Shown piece by piece: positions 52,178 to 62,379 of a stretch of 64,000 nucleotides of DNA. The DNA is taken from NCBI GenBank assembly GCA_031422435.1, contig JANPLU010000112.1, positions 52,481-116,480 on the forward strand, read 5' to 3'. Every line of letters starts with the position of its first letter. Within the stretch, counting starts at the first letter, position 1. The notes below the pieces were generated by a model, which was not told the origin of the DNA, did not search any database, and saw nothing but the letters and a program-made list of their open reading frames with translations. The translations under genes were made by a program, and so were the position numbers. This stretch comes from Acaryochloridaceae cyanobacterium VAR_48_metabat_390 (GTDB lineage Bacteria > Cyanobacteriota > Cyanobacteriia > Thermosynechococcales > Thermosynechococcaceae).

Positions 52178-53155
52178 TTAGTTAACGTTGGCCTTGACCA
52201 CAACGGGTTCAAACTGAAATAGATTAGGGTCACTTGGGTCAACGGTAGCCCTCACCCAGTGCATATCCGGTGGCCCAAAGGTTTCGACACGAGTAAAGTT
52301 CATGACGCGCTGATTGCGCGAATCGACTAGCGGCTTATCAATACGAAAGTAGTGACTATCACCATGAACCAGAACCACGGGCTTACCAAACTGTGTCACT
52401 TCGGGCAAAAGAGCGTCTAAAAAATCATTAAAGCCCGTGTGCTGCTCGCGGGGTAGCTCAAACCCAGGGTTCGCCTGCATTACAAGCATCACACCGCTGC
52501 GCTGCTGCTGCCGTGCCAAAGCAAAAGAAGACTTGAGCCAGTCTAGGTTGGCCTGATTACGTGCCTTAAATTCTCGATCCATCTCAGGGGAGCGGCCTAG
52601 GTTATTGTTGCTTCCCACCAAGTGCAGCCCCACAAACAAAATAGACCCATAGCTCCAGCGCACATTTTCGCGGTAGGCGGCATACTTGGGCGACTGGCTT
52701 TGGCGCTCTAGCTTAAGGACGGTCTGACCTAAACTGTTGTCCGTCGCAAACATTAGCTCCCGAAGCTTAGTAAGGCGTGTCAGCGGATCGCCTCCGGTGC
52801 GATGGCAGTCTGTCCATTCGTTGTCACCAGGCACAAACACAAAAGGCATACGGAAGCTTTGGTAGAGCGATCGCCGACTCATCACCAGTTCATCAGTACA
52901 GGGCGTGGCACTACTTTGGATATCGCCATCATGGATGACAAAACTCGCCTTACTACGATTGATATCCGCAATCACATTAGGATACTGCTGCTCTTCGAGC
53001 GCAGAATAGGGCGCATCACCAATCAGCGCAATTTCAAAACGGTCGGGAGTAGCACCTACATTGATTGCCGTTTGAGCCAAGGTTATCCCTGCTTGGCCTA
53101 AACCGACCGCAGCCAGTATCGCAGATATCCACCTTAAGCACCCTTGAGAGGCCAT
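52178..53155 (-). CDS. Secreted calcineurin-like metallophosphoesterase
   Basis: GDAPY, HDGDI, PGDNEWTDC and VHGDSH motifs; signal peptide. Confidence 0.85.
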   Translation of the reverse strand: MASQGCLRWISAILAAVGLGQAGITLAQTAINVGATPDRFEIALIGDAPYSALEEQQYPNVIADINRSKASFVIHDGDIQSSATPCTDELVMSRRSLYQSFRMPFVFVPGDNEWTDCHRTGGDPLTRLTKLRELMFATDNSLGQTVLKLERQSQSPKYAAYRENVRWSYGSILFVGLHLVGSNNNLGRSPEMDREFKARNQANLDWLKSSFALARQQQRSGVMLVMQANPGFELPREQHTGFNDFLDALLPEVTQFGKPVVLVHGDSHYFRIDKPLVDSRNQRVMNFTRVETFGPPDMHWVRATVDPSDPNLFQFEPVVVKANVN

Positions 53156-53254
53156 GTTTAACTACTCCTGAAGCGATTGGCAACACAACTAGTTTAAGGA
53201 CTCAAACCACTGCCTTGGCGGTATTGGTCTATACGCTCATTTCAAGGACTGCGC

Positions 53255-55273
53255 TCAAGAAACGGAAACCGCTGTCTCGTGGCACTCTTCTAAAATAATG
53301 CGATCCATGCGAGGGTCTGAAGAGATTACTCTAACCTGAAGGTGTTCGCCTAGCTCTACGGATCGATTAAACCGCATCGCCACTTCCAAGCCCAAGTCTT
53401 CCAGCATAATGAGCGCTAAGCTTTCATGCTCTCGCAGCCAGCGCAGCGTCATTGCCTGCCAGACAGTATTGCCCTGACGACGCAAAAACTCTAGACTCCA
53501 GTACCGATTGGTCTGGCGTTCAATAAAGTTAGACTCTTGCACGATGGTGCCAATGCTAGACAGCAGCGTCGGCAGATCTTCTGCGCTAAAGGGCAGGGGT
53601 TCACCCCGCAGATGCGCCTTAATTTGAAAGTGCGCCAGCAAATCAGCGTAGCGACGAATGGGGGATGTAACCTGGCAATAGCCCTCTAGCCCCAAACTGG
53701 CGTGGCGTGCAGGCGTAATGCCCACTTCACTGCGCGGCATACAGCGCCGAATGGCAGAAGACCGCACAGGGCCTGCCTCAAGCTGCATCAACTCTTCTTC
53801 GGGCGGGAGTTCGGGCTGGGGTTGGGAGCGAAAGGGCAGAGGCAACTCGTGGGCTTGACCGTAGCTGGCAGCCACTTCACCCGCTAAAATCATCATCTCA
53901 GCGACAAGATTACGCGCCTGAGAATCTGCTAGCACCGTGATGTCAATATCATCACCATTTACCTTAATGACCGATTCTGGCATGTTAATGGTGATGGCTC
54001 CTTGCCCCATACGCCATGCGTTACGGCGCTCTGCCCATGCAGAGAGGGCAATCAGCTCAGGTTCTGCCTGTACTCCTAGCTCTAAAATCTCGTCTACGTC
54101 GTCATAGGTGAGGCGATAGGTGGGTTTAATGGTGCTAGGCGCAATATCATAACTCTCAACCGCGCCATCGTCGCCTAATGTGACACCAAAGCTGAGGGCG
54201 CAGCAAAGCTGACCCTGAATAAGGCTCATAGGGCCTGTAGACAGCTCAATGGGGAACATGGGAATCATGCCCGTGGGCAAGTACACGGTCGTACTGCGAC
54301 GCTGGGCTTCTTTGTCGAGTTCGTCCCCTAGGCTCACCCAACGACTGGGGTCGGCAATGTGAATCCATACGCGCTGTTGTCCATTTTCCAGGGTTTCTAA
54401 GCTCAGTCCATCGTCAATTTCGGCGGTGCTTTCATCGTCAATGGTGTAGACCTTGAGGCGGGTGAGGTCTTTGCGATGAAGCTCCAAATCTGGCGGAGTG
54501 AGGGTTAGGCGATCTTGCGCAGCGGCTAAGACGCTCTCAGAAAACTGCATGGGCAAGTTACTCCGGCGCACAAATAGGTTTTCATGAACGCTCCACAAGC
54601 CCAAATCCACCAAGACTTGAAAGGCCGATTGGGGGCTATCTTGTCGGCCAATTTGCTTGAGGAGATCGGCTGCGGTCGCTCGAGTTGTGGATTCTTCTGC
54701 AAAGAGAGCGTATTTTTCTAGGGCTGTTAGGAAGGGGCGATCGCCCGTCTGCCACTCCACCACCTCGCCAGCCAGCGCCCGCTGCCAGCGTTCAAAAAAT
54801 GCCTTTTGCTCAATTTGCCGCTGGGCTTCCCGCTCAATCTGGTGCTTTAGATCTGTTACCTGCGTTGCGGTACGCGGCTCATAAAGATCGCCCTTTTGCT
54901 TAAAATACAGCTTATCTTCACTCAACAGCCGATGGGCTGCATAGCAGCAAGGGACAGACTGCTCTGAGAATAAAAGCTGTGCCAGTTCCTTCGGCGCAAC
55001 AGAACGACCATCTTCTTCAATCAGAATCTCCCAGGCAATTTCCAGGCTGGAGGGATCTAGAAAAACATCTACAGATTTTAGAAATGCGGTAATCTCTGCT
55101 GCTCGATACAGCTGGTCGGACGCGGTAAACGTAATTTGGCGAGGATGAAGCGTATGAGCGTGACCTCTTTCATCCATCACCACCCAGTTTTTTTTGCCTT
55201 CAGGTCGCTCCACTACGCCTAGTTTTGGCGTATCCCCTTGGCCTCGAAACTCGACTAATGTTCCCTTATCCAC
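53255..55273 (-). CDS. Ribonuclease II/R family exoribonuclease
   Basis: TIDDESTAEIDDG and TSPIRRYADL motifs. Confidence 0.93.
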   Translation of the reverse strand: MDKGTLVEFRGQGDTPKLGVVERPEGKKNWVVMDERGHAHTLHPRQITFTASDQLYRAAEITAFLKSVDVFLDPSSLEIAWEILIEEDGRSVAPKELAQLLFSEQSVPCCYAAHRLLSEDKLYFKQKGDLYEPRTATQVTDLKHQIEREAQRQIEQKAFFERWQRALAGEVVEWQTGDRPFLTALEKYALFAEESTTRATAADLLKQIGRQDSPQSAFQVLVDLGLWSVHENLFVRRSNLPMQFSESVLAAAQDRLTLTPPDLELHRKDLTRLKVYTIDDESTAEIDDGLSLETLENGQQRVWIHIADPSRWVSLGDELDKEAQRRSTTVYLPTGMIPMFPIELSTGPMSLIQGQLCCALSFGVTLGDDGAVESYDIAPSTIKPTYRLTYDDVDEILELGVQAEPELIALSAWAERRNAWRMGQGAITINMPESVIKVNGDDIDITVLADSQARNLVAEMMILAGEVAASYGQAHELPLPFRSQPQPELPPEEELMQLEAGPVRSSAIRRCMPRSEVGITPARHASLGLEGYCQVTSPIRRYADLLAHFQIKAHLRGEPLPFSAEDLPTLLSSIGTIVQESNFIERQTNRYWSLEFLRRQGNTVWQAMTLRWLREHESLALIMLEDLGLEVAMRFNRSVELGEHLQVRVISSDPRMDRIILEECHETAVSVS

Positions 55274-55422
55274 AAATAGCGGCTCATTGACCCATATACA
55301 ACAGTAAGCCTAGGTTCGATATTTAAGACCTAGGCTCAATTCAACCTATTTTAGACCCAGATGAACTGAGCCTTTATTTTCTGAAACGTTGCCTAATCTA
55401 ATGCCGCACCGCTAACGAGACT

Positions 55423-55638
55423 CTAGCCTTCTGCGTTGATGAAGGGCAGCAGTGCTAGGATGCGTGCGCGTTTGATAGAGGTGGTGAGATCTCGCTGCTG
55501 TTTAGAGGTTAACCCCGTGATGCGACGAGGCAAGATTTTGCCGCGCTCGGTAATAAAGCGACGCAGAAGATCAACATCTTTATAGTCGATGGGGTCGCCA
55601 GGTTTAATCGGAGAGACGCGACGTCGAAAGTAGGCCAT
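55423..55638 (-). CDS. rpsR: 30S ribosomal protein S18
   Basis: [26 protein letters not shown] motif. Confidence 0.98.
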   Translation of the reverse strand: MAYFRRRVSPIKPGDPIDYKDVDLLRRFITERGKILPRRITGLTSKQQRDLTTSIKRARILALLPFINAEG

Positions 55639-55705
55639 AGTCTTAGAACTTATGCTGGGTTGATTTGAAACAGGTTGCGGTTAAAGGAAGGCAGCGCAGA
55701 ATGCC

Positions 55706-55894
55706 TTACTTAATTTCTTTATGCACTGTATGGGTATTGCAGTGCGTACAGAATTTTTTTAGCTCTAGCCGCGCAGTGGTATTGCGACGGTTTTTCATTG
55801 TGGTGTAGCGCGATACGCCAGGCGATCGCTTGTTGGAATTAGAGCGACATTCAGTACACTCTAGGGTAATAATGACACGGACGCCCTTAGCCAT
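55706..55894 (-). CDS. rpmG: 50S ribosomal protein L33
   Basis: ITLECTEC...[19 protein letters not shown] motif. Confidence 0.98.
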   Translation of the reverse strand: MAKGVRVIITLECTECRSNSNKRSPGVSRYTTMKNRRNTTARLELKKFCTHCNTHTVHKEIK

Positions 55895-56027
55895 GAGTCT
55901 TTACGGTTAATTTAGCTAGACACAATCGTTAATTATCTCACAAGTTACCCGATCTTCGTCAATTTTTTTGCCGAAGTATGGGCGAAACCATTGGAGGGCG
56001 ATCGCCTCATCCGAACCAATTCGAGAA

Positions 56028-57026
56028 TCAGGCGTGTTTAGGGAGGGTTTCCGGTAATGATGCTTTGGCATTGCGCCGCATCATATCAGGTCGAATCCGC
56101 CGTAATGCCGAAGCTCGAAACCGCTGATCCCATTCCTGCTCTGAGAGTTTCGCGAGTTCTGTGAGAGAGGGGGCTAAATTTTGAGGGTAGGGCTGAAAGT
56201 CGGGGACGTCTGTTTCTTGTGCAAACCGTTCGTTCCACGGGCACACGGCCTGACAGATATCGCAGCCCGCGACCCAGTTCTGGAGATGGGGGGCGATCGC
56301 ATCAGGAATGTCCTCTGACCGATTTTCAATGGTGTGGTAAGCAATACAGCGATTTGCATCGACCACAAAGGGTTCCGTGATGGCTTGGGTAGGACACGCT
56401 TCCATGCAGCGAGTGCAGGTGCCGCAGTGATCGGTATGAGGGCGATCAGACGGCAGCTCAAGGTTAGTAAGAATTTCTCCTAAAAATACCCAGGAACCGT
56501 ATTGACGGGTAATCAGGTTTCCATGCTTGCCAATCCACCCTAGCCCCGCCTGCTGCGCCCAAACTTTTTCTTGAATAGGGCCAGTATCGACATAGTAGCG
56601 AGCCTTTACCCCTTCGCTTTGGGCTTCTATCCAAGCTGCCAATGTCTTAAGACGACGCCCTAAAACCTTGTGGTAGTCTCGTCCCCAACCGTACCGCGAA
56701 ATTTTTGCATGGGCTGGATCTTGGGACTGCTCATGGGGCGTGTAGTAATTTAGCGCGACCGAAATCACCGAGCGTACTTCTGGCATGACCTGCTGAATAT
56801 TTTGACGACGCAGATCGCTCATCCAGGCCATTTCTGCATGATGTCCTTGGTTTAGCCAATGCTGGAGCCGCTGTGCGCTGAGGCTGGGTTCGGCAGCGGC
56901 AGATGACGGCGGTGCTTCGCGCGTGGGGACTGCGGAAATTCCAACTTTATGGAATCCGATGTCAAAGGCTTTTTGCTTGATGAGCTGGTCATTCAATAGC
57001 CCTAATCTAAGCATTTTCAGGGACAT
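56028..57026 (-). CDS. queG: Epoxyqueuosine reductase
   Basis: [23 protein letters not shown] and [12 protein letters not shown] motifs. Confidence 0.95.
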   Translation of the reverse strand: MSLKMLRLGLLNDQLIKQKAFDIGFHKVGISAVPTREAPPSSAAAEPSLSAQRLQHWLNQGHHAEMAWMSDLRRQNIQQVMPEVRSVISVALNYYTPHEQSQDPAHAKISRYGWGRDYHKVLGRRLKTLAAWIEAQSEGVKARYYVDTGPIQEKVWAQQAGLGWIGKHGNLITRQYGSWVFLGEILTNLELPSDRPHTDHCGTCTRCMEACPTQAITEPFVVDANRCIAYHTIENRSEDIPDAIAPHLQNWVAGCDICQAVCPWNERFAQETDVPDFQPYPQNLAPSLTELAKLSEQEWDQRFRASALRRIRPDMMRRNAKASLPETLPKHA

Positions 57027-57160
57027 GACAAATTTTTAGGTTAAATCAAGACTTGTGCACATTCTCACTGTATTCTCGCTTGCGTATGCCAGGATGTTAC
57101 GCATAGCGAGCCAAAAATACGCGGTAGTGCATCAATAGACCTCTTGCACGAACACGACCT

Positions 57161-57258
57161 TCTCCCTCAGTCTCTTCTCTCGCCTCTCGCTCGTTCTGGG
57201 TGAGGAGAGGCGGAATGAACCCTTTCTCCACCAGGGAGGAGAGGGTAGATTGAGGAGA
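57161..57258. repeat. Degenerate CT/GA-rich palindromic (REP-like) intergenic repeat
   Basis: Alternating CCTCTC.../...GAGAGG stems. Confidence 0.4.
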
Positions 57259-57288
57259 TTAAAATCAATGTAAGAGATCTCGTAATTT

Positions 57289-58386
57289 TCATCCGGTTGC
57301 CCTCGGTAGAGAAACGCAAACAGTTGTTTTTTGATTGGGTTCACTTAAAATCGTTAGTTCTCCGCCATATAATTTGGTTAAGCGTCTTGCAAGCGCTATT
57401 CCCAATCCCAGTTCATCGGTTGTATGAAGTCTTTGTTCAAAGGGCATATCTGCGCTAAGATTTTCAATCTCTTCAGGCGTCAATCCTTGACCCATATTTA
57501 CGATCCATAAATTGAAATTGTCAGGACTGAGGGAAGTTTCTACATGCACGGGTGTATGCGTGGGTGAAAATTTGAAGGCGTTATCAAGCAGTTCTTCAAC
57601 AATTTTTGCAAAATTAGCTGCTAGGATAGGAGCCTCAAATTCATCAAGCTGAAGGTGTAAATCCTCGGATCGTTCATAATCTCTCGCCACGATACTTGCC
57701 AGGTCTATAATCAGTTGTTTAGTGCTGTTCGTGCGGTAATACCCTAGCAAACTCAGTGTTTCAGGATTTTTTGAAGTGTTTTCAAGAAGTGCATAGAATA
57801 AAAAGTCCTGGAGCAACCGTTTTAATCGAATACTCGACGCATAGGCTTCCTGAGTCATTGCCAGGACTTCAGATTGATCTAGGCAACTATAGTTTTGATT
57901 GATTGTCCGTAAGACATTTTGAATTTGATTCATGGGTGTCAAGAGTGAAGTCGGAACTGATTCCGTAATGCTCTTGAGTAGGATATTGAGTTTTTCCTGA
58001 AACTGATTGTCTATTGTAGCTTTCTTATCCAGTCGGGCAGAAACGGCTCCCATCAACTCATCCCTAGTGAATGGTTTGGTGAGATAGTCATCTGCGCCTA
58101 ATTCCATACCATGACGGACATCCGCTCTATCAGCCTTCGCTGTCAGAAAGATGAAGGGAATTATGGCAGTGGCAGGATTTTGACATAGCCTACTTCGCAC
58201 TTCGTAACCGTCTAGCTCAGGCATCATGATGTCGCAGAGAATCAAATCCGGAGATCTTTCCTCTGCCAGTCTTAAACCGATTTCGCCATTTTCTGCTCCA
58301 ATTACCTCATAGTTTTCAAATTGAAGCATTTTAACAATGTTAGATCGAACTGCAAGCTCATCTTCAATAATTAAAATCTGATACAT
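57289..58386 (-). CDS. Receiver domain plus degenerate histidine kinase (no H-box His)
   Basis: REC DLILCDIMMP; H-box position reads VPTSLLTP; N-box ELLDNAFKF. Start is MYQILIIED. Confidence 0.88.
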   Translation of the reverse strand: MYQILIIEDELAVRSNIVKMLQFENYEVIGAENGEIGLRLAEERSPDLILCDIMMPELDGYEVRSRLCQNPATAIIPFIFLTAKADRADVRHGMELGADDYLTKPFTRDELMGAVSARLDKKATIDNQFQEKLNILLKSITESVPTSLLTPMNQIQNVLRTINQNYSCLDQSEVLAMTQEAYASSIRLKRLLQDFLFYALLENTSKNPETLSLLGYYRTNSTKQLIIDLASIVARDYERSEDLHLQLDEFEAPILAANFAKIVEELLDNAFKFSPTHTPVHVETSLSPDNFNLWIVNMGQGLTPEEIENLSADMPFEQRLHTTDELGLGIALARRLTKLYGGELTILSEPNQKTTVCVSLPRATG

Positions 58387-58691
58387 TATTATCCCCCCCC
58401 TTAGACTAAAATTTTTATGCAAAATTCTGCTCTGCTCTCGACCTTTAAATATCGATAGAACAGGTTGTTCTTTTGAATTAGTCAATTATGCCATGAATGA
58501 TGAATATTAAGACATATTAGAATCTCAATATATTTGCATATTTTAAAAAATTTATACCAAACTATGATGCTTTTTGAGAAATGCGTTTTGAGAATTAGTC
58601 TAAATATTAAGCATTAGCTCAAAGACAAAGAAATTTTTGGCAGTAGCTGGTTCGGTTCGTGAATCTTGAGATCTCTAAGATGAATGAAGTC

Positions 58692-59786
58692 TTAAGGAGC
58701 AACGGGCAAGGCAACCTGGACGGTGGTATGCATAGACGGTTCGCTATCAATCTCTAATATCCCGTTATGCAGTTCAGCTAGTCGCTTTGCAATGGTCAAG
58801 CCCAACCCTGCACCTCCAAGCCCATTCAGCTTTTGACCGAACTGAGCATAAGCATCAAGGTCGATTAACTCTTGAGGAGATAGACCTTGTCCGTGGTCGC
58901 AGATTCTGAGTCTAAACTGCTTGGACTTTAGCAAACTGCACACTTGCACAAGAGATCCGGGGGATGAGAATTTAAAAGCATTATCCAATAACTCCTCAAC
59001 AATCTTTGCTAGATTGGCTGCCAGCATTGGAAGAATAGCAGGTTGAAGCTGTAGCTCTAGATCGGCACCTCGCCCAAATTCATTGGCTTTTTCCTTGGCT
59101 ATTTCGGCGATGAGTTCGGCACTTTCAGTCGTGCAACTTCCTCGAAAGGCTTCTGCTTGCGAAGGGTCTTGAACTGTTATTTCCAGTAGCGCATAGAGTA
59201 AAAAGTTTTGTAGGAGCTTTTCTAAGCGTAAGCTGGCGTCATAACTTTCTTTTGCTTCGGGCAAAAGAGTTGGGTAGATTAGAGCAGCCTCCTCTGTGTG
59301 TATTTTTTCTAAAAAAGACCGAACTTTCTGGAGTGGAATAAAAAGCTCTGCTGGTAGCGATGTCGCAATGCTTCCCTTGAGCTGATCAAGTTTTTCTTTA
59401 AATTGCTTGCGGACAACTGCCTGTTTATCGAGCCGAGCAAGGATGGTTTCTAGTAGTTCCTCACGACTAAAGGGTTTCGTCAGGTAATCGTCTGCTCCTA
59501 GGCTCATGGCTAAACGCATATCGGCTCGATCTACTTTCGCCGTCAGAAAGATGAAGGGAATTGTTTCAGTTGATGGGTCTTGGCATAATGCATTTCGGAC
59601 ACCATACCCATCCAGCACTGGCATCATGATGTCGCACAAAATTAAATCAGGTTTTTGCTCTTGAGCGAGCTTCACGCCCATTTCCCCATTTTCGGCGCCT
59701 ATAGATTCAAAATTCTCGAACTTAAGAATTTTAAGGATATTTAACCGGACAGATTGCTCGTCCTCAATGACTAAAATTTTTTTCAT
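58692..59786 (-). CDS. Receiver domain plus degenerate histidine kinase (no H-box His), paralog
   Basis: REC DLILCDIMMP; H-box position reads LPAELFIP; N, G1 and G2 boxes present. Confidence 0.88.
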   Translation of the reverse strand: MKKILVIEDEQSVRLNILKILKFENFESIGAENGEMGVKLAQEQKPDLILCDIMMPVLDGYGVRNALCQDPSTETIPFIFLTAKVDRADMRLAMSLGADDYLTKPFSREELLETILARLDKQAVVRKQFKEKLDQLKGSIATSLPAELFIPLQKVRSFLEKIHTEEAALIYPTLLPEAKESYDASLRLEKLLQNFLLYALLEITVQDPSQAEAFRGSCTTESAELIAEIAKEKANEFGRGADLELQLQPAILPMLAANLAKIVEELLDNAFKFSSPGSLVQVCSLLKSKQFRLRICDHGQGLSPQELIDLDAYAQFGQKLNGLGGAGLGLTIAKRLAELHNGILEIDSEPSMHTTVQVALPVAP

Positions 59787-59861
59787 TAGAATATGCCTCA
59801 ATCAATTCAACTATTTCTGAAAAGCCCTATCTCTGGCAAAATTTATCCATCCGGATGGCTA

Positions 59862-62261
59862 TTAAGATGTTTTGGTTAGTAGAGACTTTGGCTTGAGCGG
59901 TAATGAGACGACAAAGGTTGTGCCGGAGCCAAGCTGGCTCTCAACGCTGATAGAACCAGTATGGATTTCAACCAACTGTTTAACAATGGATAAGCCCAGC
60001 CCTGTGCCCGCGATATTGCCCACATTATTAGCTCTGAAAAAGGATTGAAAGAGATTCTCAATTGCTTCTGACGGAATGCCAATGCCCTGATCTCGAACGC
60101 AAAAGGTAGCGATTTGATCTTGATAGAGGACCTCAAACCTAATGGTTCCCCCTTGAGGGGAATATTTAACAGCATTCGAGATCAAGTTTGAAAAAATGTG
60201 GCGCATCAGTTTCTTGTCCATTTGAGCCTGAGAACATTGTCCCTCGATTGTGAGTAAGAGGTGGTGTTCTGCTTTTATATTGCCTTGTAGTTCAGTCACT
60301 AAATCCTGACAGAATTGGCTCAAATCGAGTGGCTCTGGATTGAAGATAAACTTGCCCACTTCAGATTTCTCTATAGTCAGGACATTATTCAAGAGGTCGG
60401 TCATACGCTGAATGGAAACCCGAATTCGCTGGAAATACTCTTCCTTTTCTAGCTCTGTGGAACAATGTCCGTAATATTCCAACAGCTCTAGGGACGAGAG
60501 GATTGTTGTTAAGGGTGTGCGATATTCATGGGAAACCATAGTAATGAAGCGGGTTTTTAGCTCATTTAGTTCTCGCTCTTTTTCGAGGTTTTTCAGAATT
60601 TCTGCTTCAGCCTTTTTGCGATCGCTAATATCCATGATGTAAGCAATCATTCCAATCCTCTCCTCTTCATCATCTCTCTTGACAGAGAGAGAAAGATGAG
60701 CCGAAAATCTATCCTGATTTTGGGTAAGCATCTCTACTTCTACTTCATGCTCTCCTTTGTTAAGGAGGGGCTGAATGACCTGATTTTGAAAGAATGTGTC
60801 ATGTTTGTTAGCACACAATGCAGAAAAATTTTGCCCTAAGATTTCCTGTTTTTGGTAGCCAAAACGGTTTTCAGCGCCTTTGTTCCAACTGGTGATGACG
60901 CCTTTGAAATCGGTCGTTAAGACTGAGTCATTGATTTGGTTGATGATTTGAGCTTGATGCTGTAGAACGAGTTCTGCCGCTTTGCGATCGCTCACATCGC
61001 GTTGGATCGCGATCCAATGGGTGACCCAACCCTTTTCATTCATCAGAGGCGTAATACTTAAATCTACCCAAAACTCAGATCCGTCTTTGGCATAGTTGAG
61101 GAGTTCGCCTCGAAAAGGCTGCCATGACGTTAAAGCAGCCCGAATGTCTGCCCGTATTGCTTTACTTGTTTTCGGCCCCTGCAAAATTCGAGGTGTTTCA
61201 CCCAAAACGTCTGCGGGTTGATAACCCGTCATTTTAGAAAATGCTTCATTCACATAAAGAATTTGTGGACCAGGCTTGTCCAAAGGTTCAGCTTTCGTAA
61301 TGACGACCGCATCATTAGCATTGACGACAACGGACTGCAGAAGTCGCACCTGTTCTTCTGCCTGTGTGCGCTGCCAAATAGCCATTGCAGCGCGTAGTTT
61401 ATCCATTGTTGGCAGCCCGCGATCGCTGATATCGTGGCGAATGGCAACGTATTGATGGGGAGTGTTATCCATTCCCATCATGGGCACAATCACAGTATCG
61501 ACCCAATAGAAAGTGCCATCCTTGGCACGGTTCCGAACTTCGCCCTTCCAGACTTGCCCTTTTCTGATGGTTTGCCACATCAGCTGAAAGAATTCCTTGG
61601 GGTGATAGCCAGAATTGACGATGTGATGAGTTTGTCCTAGCAGTTCCTGACGAGAATATTTTGAAATCGCGCAAAATTGATCGTTTGCATAGGTAATGCG
61701 TCCCTGTATATCGGTGATAGCCACAATTGCGGATTGGTCTAAGGCAAACTTGATATCGGCAACTTCGCGCAGTGACAGTTGGAGCGACTCTTCAGCCTGT
61801 TTACGAGCACTGACCTCTTGCTCTAATTCGGCATTTCGGTCGACAAGCTGCTGTCGTAATCGGTTGAGGTTTAATTGATGTTCAATTCGAGCGACAGCTT
61901 CTTCTATCTGTAATGGTTTTGTCAGATAATCGGTGCCTCCCACTGAAAAAGCTGTCACTTTATCGAATGTTTCGCTGAGTGCGCTAATAAAAATAATCGG
62001 AATATGACAAGTCTGCTCATTAGCCTTGAGCGTTTGGCACACTGCATATCCATTCATATCCGGCATCAGGATATCCAGTAAAATCAAGTCCGGCAGCTTT
62101 GCGAGTACGGACTGAATGGCTAAACGACCGTTGGGGGCGACACGTATTTTATATCCCTGCCCGGACAGCATTTCCTTGAGCAAAGTCAAGTTATCGGGCA
62201 CATCATCAACAATAAGGATATTGCCTTTGCCTTTCGCTAAAGCAGTGGATGCGGTTATCAT
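59862..62261 (-). CDS. Hybrid sensor kinase REC-PAS-PAS-PAS-HisKA-HATPase
   Basis: REC DLILLDILMP, three PAS/PAC domains, SHEYRTP, NAVKYS and GTGLGL. Confidence 0.93.
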   Translation of the reverse strand: MITASTALAKGKGNILIVDDVPDNLTLLKEMLSGQGYKIRVAPNGRLAIQSVLAKLPDLILLDILMPDMNGYAVCQTLKANEQTCHIPIIFISALSETFDKVTAFSVGGTDYLTKPLQIEEAVARIEHQLNLNRLRQQLVDRNAELEQEVSARKQAEESLQLSLREVADIKFALDQSAIVAITDIQGRITYANDQFCAISKYSRQELLGQTHHIVNSGYHPKEFFQLMWQTIRKGQVWKGEVRNRAKDGTFYWVDTVIVPMMGMDNTPHQYVAIRHDISDRGLPTMDKLRAAMAIWQRTQAEEQVRLLQSVVVNANDAVVITKAEPLDKPGPQILYVNEAFSKMTGYQPADVLGETPRILQGPKTSKAIRADIRAALTSWQPFRGELLNYAKDGSEFWVDLSITPLMNEKGWVTHWIAIQRDVSDRKAAELVLQHQAQIINQINDSVLTTDFKGVITSWNKGAENRFGYQKQEILGQNFSALCANKHDTFFQNQVIQPLLNKGEHEVEVEMLTQNQDRFSAHLSLSVKRDDEEERIGMIAYIMDISDRKKAEAEILKNLEKERELNELKTRFITMVSHEYRTPLTTILSSLELLEYYGHCSTELEKEEYFQRIRVSIQRMTDLLNNVLTIEKSEVGKFIFNPEPLDLSQFCQDLVTELQGNIKAEHHLLLTIEGQCSQAQMDKKLMRHIFSNLISNAVKYSPQGGTIRFEVLYQDQIATFCVRDQGIGIPSEAIENLFQSFFRANNVGNIAGTGLGLSIVKQLVEIHTGSISVESQLGSGTTFVVSLPLKPKSLLTKTS
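61368..61418. mobile_element. 51-bp in-frame insertion with 8-bp inverted repeats at a HIP1 site
   Basis: GCTGCCAA...TTGGCAGC flanked by a GCG duplication; adds 17 aa to the PAC linker. Confidence 0.6.
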
Positions 62262-62379
62262 GGCGATTCTTGGGGACTTGGGAAACTATTTTGATGGAAA
62301 TAGAAGGCTTCTCTGCTTAGGATGTGTAGGTTATTCGTCCTAGGTATCATCCGTCACAAATTGAAAACCGTATTGACGG

